DNA of 60,960 nucleotides, the filler included, from Sphacelaria rigidula (Eukaryota), in NCBI GenBank assembly GCA_964200075.2. It is 2 parts of 2 records of this genome, joined end to end, with 100 filler letters (N's around TTAATTAATTAA, not from the genome) between each part and the next. Parts side by side here need not be neighbours in the genome. Positions count along the whole stretch, not along the records: positions 1 to 30,449 come from CAXNAA020000061.1; 1 more part is not named here. One strand, given 5' to 3'. Under the pieces are notes generated by a model. The model was given only the letters and a program-made list of their open reading frames with translations. It was not told where the DNA came from and did not search any database. The translations under genes were made by a program, and so were the position numbers. This document shows, piece by piece, positions 12,301 through 24,300 of this stretch (position 1 is its first letter; every line of letters begins with the position of its first letter).

Positions 12301-15300
12301 ATCTAACGTGCAGTTTGACGTTTTGATGAGAAGCACCGGTGCTCCCTCACGCCATCGGTTTTCAGCGTAGAAGGGGAAGTGCCAGGGCAAGATCTCATCA
12401 CATGTAGCGACCTTCCTCGCAAGCTACATCACGTGTTTCAAGTCACGTACGATGACACCACGTCTTGATTTCCAGTTTATTATTTCGCCCACGCGTTCGA
12501 GACATCGATCCAGAGAAGACGACCGGCCGGCGCGTATTCGGTACACAGACCCTCGAGAAGCTGTGAGGACTACATGTCGTGTTGGCGTCGATACTGCTCA
12601 TCTGACGCTGGCAAAACCTTTCGTCAACAGCCTTATACCGTGTAAGTACCTCATTCCACCGCTCTTGCCCCACGATATCCACGCGAGACGCCACAAGAGG
12701 GAAGGTGAAGGATCGATGAAGCTGCAGCTAGAACTCCAGGATCTGGATGGGATGTCAGTCGCGATGCTTGCAGCAGCAAGCGGTAATGCCGCCAACCTGA
12801 GGAATGTGCTCGACAAAGTCCACGAATTGGAGGCAGGTCTATCCCAATGCTGTTTGCATACGAGATGATACATGACTTTACCCTCTTCTCGATACGCGTG
12901 TCCTTCAACCTGCAGCTGCGACGGTTGGTTTGTCGCTTCGAGCTGCTTGCAACCGACTGACCAAGCTACATGCAATGCTACTGTAAATAGGTTTGGAGTG
13001 AAAAGTTGGAAAAATGATTCGCATCTTCTTCGCAGATCTACTGCAATCACCGAATGTAGAAAACGAATGTCCTCTTCAACACCATGACAATTATACTCGA
13101 TATATTGACTGACACCTCCTCCAGCGCGCTTGGTTGCTACTGTTTAATGTCGAACGAAAGCCCTGTTGGCACAACATTGTCGATCTTCCCACTCGACTTG
13201 ACGCACTGAAATAGGCTACCGAAGCTCTAGTCGCAACAGACTACCATGGGGAGACTCTTCTCATGCATGCAGCAGCATCGGGGCAACCAGCCAGCTTCAA
13301 TGCAGTATTTGAGGCATTTGACCGGGCAGACTTCACTGATGACAAGGTGAGGCGCCCTTTCCCCATAGAAGTAGATGGATACCGTCGAAGCTGATGGAAG
13401 TAATCGCACCGCAGGCATTCTGTGATGAGTCTACCGCGAGCCGTGGAGATACGGGGTGGGTCGACAGCATGTTGGGGAAGAAAAGAGGATACGGTGTATG
13501 CCGGATCAGAGCGGATGCCCACTTAGGTATAGTTGTCAACTGGCTACCAGTTTAACTGACCAGTTGCAGTTATCTGGTACAGCTGGTTAACTTATCGATC
13601 TAGTAACCAGTTATTCACTCGACATACGTGTCATACTCCAAAGTGTTCTGTGTACATATGTGTCATACTCAAGTAAACAATTCTGAAGTATTGTCGTACT
13701 ACAATAACTGTGGGGACGCTGTTACAGAGGCGAGTACATGACCGCACAGCGCATACACCTATAGACGTAGACACGAATATCGCAGAAAATATATTCGGGT
13801 ATAAAAACAAATAGAGATTGGGTCCGGACACTTGTTCATTGAGCAGATCTGAAATGTGAAGCAAGACTGTGTTTCGTAGCGTTGTTGTGTGTGCTTTGCT
13901 TTATTCTGTCGGCATCGAGCGTCAAGCATTCAGTGGTGGCTGGTCAATGTGATGCCGAAACACGAGGAAGAGTCGAGATTTCTGTTGAATTTTCCTGGCT
14001 GATGAAGTCACACTCAATCACGTTACCGAGTTGTCATGCTACTTTAGTAGTTTCTGGCGGTTGGGTGGTACACGCGAAACGCTATCTATGCTGCACTACT
14101 ACTGTCTCATCGCTTCGTTTTTTTTTAGTTCACGTCGCAAAGTTTAGTGATGTTTCATGTTCCACCATACGTAAATATTTTTGTGCACCGATTTCGTGCT
14201 CGAATTGCAGGCGCTAGGCGGCTAGAATTTAACGCGATCTTGAACAGATGTAACGCCAAACGGCGTAATTTTCTTGCCTCCGCGGCGCACCCCTCACCAG
14301 CTGGGGGGGGGGACGTTTACGCGACTCCGCCGCGCTGCCTTGCCAGGCAACGCTGGCGTAGTCGCGGGGCGGATTCGCCGCGAGTCATCATCCAGTTTGA
14401 ACTGATAATTGTAACTGGTTGTGATGTTTTGCAACCAGTTAACTGGTAAGCCATACTAGTTCACCACTCTACACTCAGGTCAGTCAAGATTGACGGGGCG
14501 AATACGTCGCACATGGTATCAAGCTTGTCATGAGAGGAGAGCAATGCCGAGTCCGGTGGGAAATACCTTCATGAAATTCCAGTAGTTTCCGCAACCGCAC
14601 ACAAAAGTTTTGCGTGAGACCGCAAAGAAGAACGCAGTTCTTGTGAGGCTCGAAAGTGTCGATGGGGTGGTTGCGTGACGGGTGATGTCACGGTATCCGT
14701 CGGAAGGGCACTGTACCTGACGAAATTTAATACCGTGCAACCCGATACCGTGATGGATTATACAGCCTCAGGGACTGCTCGCAATATCCTTTGCTCGAGG
14801 TCATGAAGTCGTGATTTTTGTTTCTGCGTCTCTAGTGCGAAGCTGCACGGTTTCACCGAGGGTGGGAAAGAAAGCAAGGTCGAACGCGCGCGTTAGCTGT
14901 TCTATGTAGTGGGATCAACATCCAGCACCCTTGAAAATCGACTGTCGCTCATCAGGCCGGATAATATGGTAAACAGATTTTTGGTCCACGGATTGTTCAC
15001 TTTGAGCGCGTTTGAGCCCTATTTTCACCCTTAAACAGGGAAATCGCCAACACACGTCTCGGACGCTTTGCATCACTCCACAGAGAGGAGCCTCGTCTGC
15101 TTTTCAGATTCGCTTGGCATAGAGGTTTCGAGATTGACCGCTGAATAATATTGCGTGTGCAAAAATCTGTGCTTGCCGACCCCCGCCAGTTGGGAGCCAA
15201 GCAAATCTGAAAAGTGGGCTAGGCTCCTCTCTGTGGGGTGATGCAAAGTGTCCGAGACGTGTGTTGGTGAGTTTTCCTGTTTGGGGGTCAAAAAGTGGCT

Positions 15301-18300
15301 CAAACATCCCAAAAGCGAACAATCCGTGGGCCAAAAATCTGTGTGCCAAAACATCCAGCCTCACGCACATGAATCCATCAATATCCTTGACAATCACCGT
15401 TCGTATCACAGATACCCAGACAAAATGTGTGTCTGAAGGCATCCATGAACCTGTGTCGGGTGTATTCTGCAGATTCAGGAGCAACTCGTGGCAACGGCCG
15501 GAAACGGCATGACGGTGCTCATGATCGCGGTCGCATCGAGAGACAGCTTATGTTTAAGAGCTTGCGCCTTGGCGTGCAGGACCGTCCTATCTCCCTACGA
15601 CGTAAGCTGGAGGATGTCGTGGATATATCACTATCACGTGGATACATCACTGTCAGCTTTCCATTCACTCATGTCGTTTTCAACCGTTTCTTGCCAATAC
15701 GAAGAAGCACGCCACCAACGCAATTCGCGTTTCTCGTTGACAAGCGCCTGATCTTGAGTTCGTGACAGTGCCGGGGTCAATACGACAAATACCGCACGAG
15801 CAAGCACGAGCACTCTAGCGTGTCGCATTTCTTTCTCAATTCGTCCCCCCCCCCCCTCACCTCTCTCTATTATATGTCTTATTCCGCATTCACGATGCAG
15901 AGTTTTGTTTGTCGTTTCTCTTCTCTCTCTCCAACGTAGCTGAACGAACTTCTTAATGCAACGGACGAGGACGGGATGACTCTGCTCATGCATGCTGCGA
16001 ACCCGGGCGCGAAGTCTACTTCGAAGTTCAGCGCTTCTACGGCTTCAGTAGATCCGAACGGCAAAGGATCTGAACACACTGCGAACAGGCATAAATGGAA
16101 AACGGCGGCCAGGCGAAGTGCACTCTTGCTCACCATCAAACCGTCCTCTGACACCGTCTTACCAAAATCCACGCCACAGCAAGATATACCAACAGCCACG
16201 GCGTCCGCGCCTCCACCACCGTTGCCGTTTACAGCCGGTGAGAGAAATAAAGATTCTGGTGCGGTGGCGGGGGAAGTTCGATGCTTGTCGCGGATAGTGA
16301 TGGACACGTACTACACGTTAGGGCTGACCTAGATGTTGATGATTGGCTGATAGGTTGATTGACTGTCGCACTTCAACTGACCACCCATAGGTCCAGCCAT
16401 GTGCTAATATATTGATGTATCGACTGATACCGGTGCCATTAGCCGAAAGGAGCACACGTGAGAACTTGGGAATCGTGGCCCGGCATGATCGTTGATAAGT
16501 ACACACAGGACTGGTATAAAAATGTAGCAATTGCCCCCGGCAACAAGGATACGTGCTCGTAACCGACAGGTGCCGCCAGCAACGATGTCGAAACCGGGGG
16601 CCCTGCTTCTCCTCAATCGCCCGATTCGCGTGATGAGAACAGCGTGGTGTCCATTGCGCACCCCGAAGAAAGGGTGCACCAGGACAATTTCGGCAAGAAC
16701 TTCCGCGGGGACTTTGAACTTGACGACCCTGCCCAGTACCGGGGGTCTGCGGAAGTGCGACGTCTAGCGCGCTTTGACTCGGCTGTACCCGTGCTCAAAG
16801 CAGCTTTCAGTCTCGCACAAGAATGCTTGCATAGAACCAAGGTGCGGAGCACTGTAGACTCGAGGAGTTCTTGAGCTGTTGGGGAAGAATGTACACAGGG
16901 TTATGCGAAAGAGGTCGACGGTGAAACTGTTACCCTAGCGGAGGAGTACTGGCGGGAAAGGTCGAACCAATTGTTGATGTAATGAGGTGTTTTGTGTTGC
17001 TCCACAAGCACTTCAGGTGATGGATTTGCTCTGTGTTTCACCAACGTACTCGGGCACTACTGTCGTGCAATGAGCCAATGTGTATTGTTGTATGATACGC
17101 GGGCAGATATCATAACTTACCCCATCTAGTGAATGGATACTTGGGGTAGAGGCACCTGGAATTCTGCTGGAACCCTTAATGAGGAGGCCATGTGAAAGCA
17201 GCCCCCGTCCCAGGCTACCCTCGAGTGAAGCAGGGCTTCAAGGGTCCGACGAATCCTTTCCGGTTACGATCACCAAATCTACGATATCTGGGGATTGATC
17301 GCTCGAAAGCGAGATAAGTATTTTCCGCGGGTCTGAAGTTGTTTCGCAAATGTTGCACTATTTACGTGCCTGGAGTGCGCGTACCGAGGGTGCAATGCTG
17401 AAAACAAAACCCAAGGATTGATTCGTGCGATACAACTCAGTTACACTAAAAGCAAGAGGTGTTCAGACGAATCGTTATTCGTCCGAACCCTTGGGTGCTT
17501 TGCATCGTCAATGCCGGCCCTCCGCCAAATCGTGCACCAGCACAAGAAACCATATCACTGATGTATAATGTAATAACTTGGAGCGCGGTAAATCTGATGG
17601 TGTGGTGTCATCACTCGACTGGTACAGCAGGAAAGGGTGACTAGAAATGTTGGGCTTTCCGGTGACCCCCGCTTCGGGTATTTCCCTAATCATCTCAGAC
17701 ATGCACTCCTACGTACGAACGTAGCAAGTAGGACCTGCGCAGAGGTGGTGCCGAATGGAAAAATTCCAAGTTTGCGACGAAACAAATATCGTTATCTCTC
17801 TGTGCCTGCCATTGCTGCCGCCATGGTGTTTTGAAAAAGTGCAGATCTTGTTGCCGTGGATCTTTGACTGTCTATGAACACCACTCTGCCGCCATAGCCG
17901 TCCCCGAGGTCCTGAGGAGTCGGCTGAAGTAATGCGTGCTCTGTACATGAGCACCCGTCCCCGGAATTCCCGTATTATCTTGGGCATATGTTCGGCGAAT
18001 CCACGCATGCGTTAGTAACTTGGACACGGCCGACTATGAAAACTGGACTCGTCCACACCTTTAGAGGGGCCTTAGAAGGTGCTGCCTTCTCGAAAATTCT
18101 CAATAACTGCAAGTTGTTCGAAACGGTTAGAAAACAGTTATTACCCGCAAACCAGGCGTCGTATTTATTCAATTTGCCCCTGTCGCCGCCGTTCGTCTTC
18201 AGTGGTATTAGCTGGATGTTCCGAGAGCGGCACTTCTTAGCTCTACGCCGATGTAAAAGCCACTCATGAAACGGGGAACAATGAAGCGTAATTGTCACGT

Positions 18301-21300
18301 TCAGGAGATATCAAGGGACCAAAAAGCATTTTAGGAATCTGCTCCTTCTTAAAATTATTCTCGATCAGGAGCTGAATTCCTTCAAGTAGTGCTGAGAATA
18401 GCATTGTGCCTTTTGTGTAACACCTAGTTCATCAAGGATCTTCACCACTTTTTTTCTTCGTCACTTCAAAATCCTCGCTTCCTGCGGGACGACTCCGTGA
18501 TCTCAAGGGATCAACCCAGTAAAAGTCGGGCACTTTCGCATCACGGATAGGGTCATCATTCCCGCACCGCGTCGACTGTCGTCATACAAACGCAGCCAAA
18601 CAGGCTCTTTCTCTTTCTCACATCCTCCCGGTTTGGACGACGTAATTCAGACAGTTCGAAAACAACCAAACGGAACCCATATAGCTGGAATTCAACCTTT
18701 ATTTCTCTTTGCCCTAATATTGTCAGCTGTACCAGTGGACCACCCGGGCGCGGCAGTCCTCAAGACATGTTTGCATACAATCCCACTTTTGCTACAATAT
18801 TACACCTTACTACAGAAATAGATAATGGAATCTTGTATCTTACAATACCACCGAACGCTCCTTTTCACGCTGCTGTAGTTGCGTAACCACCTGAGGACTA
18901 AGGACTCGTGGGGCCGGAGCATCGTGACTCACGCTGTTCTGTCGGGAAAACGGATTCTGTTCGAGGTGGCGCTAGCGTTCACACAGGAGTACATTCTTGC
19001 TGAAGAGGTAAGGTGGCGAGAAATGTTGCGGATGTCCTCGAGCGTGGGACGGGTGACATTTTTGTGGCGCTTTTTTGCTTTGAGTATGACTTGCCGTTCA
19101 CTACGAGGCATTTCGTGTTCTTTCGTTTCTGCCCGTCCATGCTGATCAGCTTCCGAGGATCTGTTAACGGTGCGACACTCCTAGCAATGCCATGGCGCAC
19201 TGGATAGACACGTGGCATCGGTTAAACTGTGGCTCCGAGAGTGTATTGCGAGGCGTTACAACTGTCGATATAGGGAACTGTTCGTTCGAGGCTGCATTTT
19301 TGGTGTAACGCTCATGGACGGATCGATGCTCTAATTACAGCCGGAATTACTCAGTACCTACCTGATGAAACCGCGGCAAGCAGAAAGCGCAGTGGTGGTT
19401 TAACGGTAGATTATGCAACCGAATGCCCCGTGCACAGGAGAAAAGACGACACTGATCACGGGGGGGCTGGGGAAGGAGGGACACATGGGGCCGACCGCCA
19501 GGATCTCCAGAGTAGAGTCATTTTCCAATGGCCTATCCTTCTTGGGAACGCAGAACCTACTACAGCCGCACAGAACGTGTCGGTTCAGAGCCACACATAC
19601 ACAAGTGTCGATAAATTGCCGACAGCGAACACGTATTGTATCCTGTAGCACGTGGTGCGTGGGTGAAAAACATTATTCGACACCCTTCCTTTGTGTGCTT
19701 ATATACGACACTACGTACGTCGAACCTCAACATAACCGTTGTTTAGCCAACACTGCAATAAGCACAAACTGACTCTGCCATGAAAGAAACAACCCACCCG
19801 GGTTCACACCATGACATGAAAACATCAAATCACGACCGCACGAGGTGGAATCCTTACCAGTGCATATCTCGTGGTAATGAACTTCACCCCCCTCTATGAC
19901 CAGTAGCCTTATCGTCGGGGCGGCAGTCCACTTGAGGGTGACATAGCACATGATTTCAGGCCTGTGCTCTGAAACAATCACATCCCAGCTCGTGAAAAAA
20001 TACTGCGGCTGTTGAATATTTTTCAAAGCCTTCTTGTGGGAGCAACTGCTGTCCACAGGCAGTGGCTTCATGAATATGTCGACCGGTTGCTCAGTCAACA
20101 CCACGTGCTGCACACGAGCCACTTGACCTGCAATGAAATCTCACACTAATGGTGCCTCACATAATCCGAATGGTTTTTGGTTGTGCCAGCTCTGTTGGTT
20201 TTAGCCCATGCAATAGCACCCTTATCGTCCACGTAGACTGCATGGTCAAGCGGAGCTTCCTTCGCTGCAGCACTCGTACCACTTCGCCTGAAGGGGTCAA
20301 CCGAGTCACATTGATATGTTTTTTTCCAAAAAATGCCACAGCTACACCCCGAAACACAAAACTTCCCCCAAGACTGATCGTTCATCATCGGACTTAGCGT
20401 TATTGACGTATGTTCTTATCCTCTCTCCGAACTTTTCACGCAAGTAATACCAAGGTCACGCGTGTAATTGAGATCCTCCAACATCCTGAGCACTCTTCGC
20501 CAGGCTTGAGCACTCGCATTCTCGTTGTGGAGGGAAGCTGCTCTGACAGCATGAGCGATTTCGGGGCAAGTGTCGTTCGATAGCCGCATGAGTGAGCCAA
20601 CCGCCGCCCGGCACCTGTAATGTCCTGCTCAGTTCTCATGGGGGTCGAAATACGCGGGGGTTGGGGCAGTCCTGACGACATTGGACCTATCAAGAATGCA
20701 TTCGATGAAGGCGACTTGGGACACCTCAGGAATCCCCTCTTCCAAGACACGCGAATAATCACACCCAGCAATACTCATACCAACTCTCCTAGATTCTCCT
20801 CAGGGAAATGATTGTTGAGTGTAGTAGCTAAATTGTTATCCTCTTTCTCCGTACGCATCACAAACCTGTAATCCACATGCGCTACTGTACCACCCCATTA
20901 TCCATCCCTTCTCCGTCCATCATCCTCAACAAACACGGATTCACCAAGCTTTGTTCGAAGCCATAGAGGGAAAGCGTAGCACTTAGTTTTGAAACACACT
21001 GCCTTGCAGCCTGCCCGATCCCGTATAACGTCTCGACTTCACGATTGATGCGGGAAAAGTTGATGTCCGCCCGCATCTCTTCGTGGGTTCACGCGCTCGT
21101 CCGACGTCTCCACGAATATCCCAGACGCATCAGTTGGAGTAATCCTAGGGTAGGTCGAGTAGAATATACTCAATAGCGGGGTATTTTGAAACACGTATTT
21201 AAGGTACTCAACATAGCGTAGAGTGTCAGGAGTCGTACCCGAAAAACAAATGGAGAACGACATTCCTGGGATAGCACGATGCATGGCCTTTGACTAGTGG

Positions 21301-24300
21301 TGAGCCTAGTATATTTGTCCTTAAATACTCTTCAACTATACTATGCCAAGCTCCCGATGCTGGCCCACTTGGGTGCGGAACGGTTTGGAGTATCAACCCT
21401 CGGGTATGCATACCTCACGCAACCTACAAGATCATAGGGGGTGTATTTTACCTGATGCGCCAAAGCACACTGACTCCGCCCCGCCTCTCGTATGTTCTGG
21501 TGCAAGATCGTTCAAGACCATCCCACTCACCGAGGATTATTTTCCCCCGACCAGCAGCCGATGCTGTGGTTTAATTTCTTGAACCCGAGTGTCGAGGAAT
21601 GCCTGGTGTGTACCTACTCGGAGACTCCTCCGTTCCCTCAGCTCCGTGAGCTGTCGAGTGGTTTCCTACATCTGACCTCAATTGCTGAATCATTGATGCT
21701 ATCTATCTCGAGCGGTTGCCTGCAGACTTCTGATTTCATCGTCTGTACCCCCATTGCCGCCATTGTCCTCTCCACCCTTCAATGCTCAGGCATCATAAAA
21801 GCTGTACCAGCCAGAGGCCGACAGACTCACGCTAGCGTGAACAATGCTTTGATTACAGACGGGATCACTCAGTGCCTCACTGATGAAACCAGAGCGAGCA
21901 AAACGTGCTGTAATGTTTGGACAATAGAATATAAAGCCCAATGCCCCGTGCGCAGGGGTCAGGATAACACTGCTCGAGGTGGACTGGGAACCGCGGGACA
22001 CACAAAGCCAACCAGCCAGAATCTTTAGATCGGAATCATTCTCCAATGACTCATCTCCGTCGAAATGCCCGAATCTGCTCTGCCGCACGGCTCATCTTGG
22101 TTCAAATCCACACACAAAATGCGATCACATCGCAGACAAGACACACATACTGTATCATGTAGCCCTTCGTCCGCGGGTGAACTTACGTGGTTCGACATTG
22201 ACTACCGGCATGGGGCCAACGGATTTGTGTCGTGGCAGTAGATCGTTTGATTCGGATGGCACGCTCCACAACACTGGTCAGGTTCACTCAATATTGTCGC
22301 TCTATGCTGAAATGACCTCTGCCTTGCCAAGCAGGTAGATTTGCTTCTGAATTCTGTTGACAGGGACGAGGACACATTGAAGAATTTGGCTCGAATAGTC
22401 GATGGGAAAGATGAAGATCTCGTTGAAACCGTGTCGCGGAGACTCCGGACACTCAAGGCAAGTGCACCGTCACGGCCGATGCGAAAGGCCGAGAAAGTCG
22501 ATGCCTACTGAGTTGCCGTGGGGGCGGGGGGCGGGGCTGATACTTCGACCGAAATGATCAATGCTGTCACAGCGACACGACGTGAAATCCCCACAATATT
22601 TTGTGTCCTGGTAGATTTAATTCGTATCCAGGTAGGTTTCGAGATTAAGAAATTTCCGCGGCTTCAGCGAGCGCCACGTGCGCACCCTGAGACCGAGCGA
22701 CACAGTAGGGGGTGCGAACGGTAACATCCGAAGTTGTGGTCTACTTGCTTCTTGCTGGTCTCTCAACCTATCTTGCGCAGAAAGCTGTGGAAGAGAGAGC
22801 TAAGGAGTCTTCTATTGAAGCCAAGATGCAATCCTTCGTTCCTGGCAAGCTCATTGTCGTGAGTGCAAACAGCAAGTATATCGTTCAGGACACACGTGAG
22901 AAAATTCCGGACGTTGCTCACAACTCGCCCTCGCGGCAGTGCGTGATCGAGTGCTATACAATGCGACGGGGCGCTGTCTGCTTCTCCGTCGAGGGAGGCC
23001 CGGTATCGATGATATGTAACACTTCTTGCTCTCGATAAGTGTGCGGATACGTTCCGCTCGTGCCTCGAGTCGCGTGTAGCTGCCGTCAGGCGGAACACAC
23101 TTTGAAGCCTGGCATTCCCGACGGGTTCAGTCACGAAATCCACAACGACGATCACGCTCTCACCCAATGGCAATGCGGTTTTCCATCTACATAGTACTTA
23201 TCCAGACCCGTTCCCCCCGTGAAATACATGTGCTGAAGAATTGTACCCTTGATGTTTTAGGTATAAAACCTCTTCGTCTTGAAAGACACCTCTACATATT
23301 TCACAGGATAGGAGATAGAAAAATTAGCAGCATTCCAGTCGGTCGCGATCACATCCATGACCTGAGGCACGGACTTCTGGAGTTTTGAGAAAGACCAAGT
23401 GACAGAGAACGTGTACTTACACTACTCTCATGATCAAGGCTTACACTACATGCTGTTGGTGCGCAGAAACACATAGCAGAAACGCACACACACCTTTCTA
23501 TCAAAGTGCTTTGATGCCACGACCAAAGGGAGTAACCGCTGCACAAAATAGGCCCAGCATCACCGACGGCCCGAATGTGCGGGCAAGTGTTCAACGAGAC
23601 CAGCAGGCGCCCGTCAAGAAGACCCTGTCTGCGTGTTTGCAAAAAACATATCCCATCAGCGCTGTTTGTCAGTGAGACGTGAGAAAGAGGAAATAAGGGC
23701 TTGTTTCCAACTCCGGGGGATCAAGAAAAATCGAATCGAGGAAGAACATAGTTGGCAGCGGTCAAAATATGAGGCAGGATCACTCCAGTTCGGCTCCAAT
23801 AAGGGATCATTCAAGAATATTTTCCTAAAGCCTCACCGCTACCCCTGACCCCAGCCCCAATTCAGGGAAGACCGAGGACCCGCGGGCGAGCGGTGTGCAT
23901 ACTGCTCCCAACGCGTTGTGTGCGCAGTGCTGTCTCAACTCGGCGCCTCGACTCGGTAGACTCTACTGAATAATCGCATGATATGAAGCTCAAGCTTAAT
24001 TTCACGTTCTTACTAGCGGGCCGAGTCTGCATATGTCAAGTGAACGTGATCTGTACTCGGGGGTGCTTGATGAACGCAAACTGCATGGTAGCGACGCTGG
24101 TCTCTGATCTCGACCACCAGATCGATACTGACGCCATGAAACACTAGATGAGACTCCGCAAGGTTCTTGCTGGCGGTAGTACTGCTCGTCGGTGTATCCT
24201 AATCACCTCATCACGCCGTCTGTCCTTCTGTGCTGATCCATTATCTATCTCTCCCACTGATCGTTTTGCAGCTTTTTCAGCTGATCCTTCCCGAGTTGTC

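Noticed and set aside
13528-14471. Possible hAT-like non-autonomous element with AACTGG/CCAGTT subterminal motifs
   Set aside because: Motif clusters are present at both ends, but the TIRs match poorly and no 8 bp target duplication was seen.
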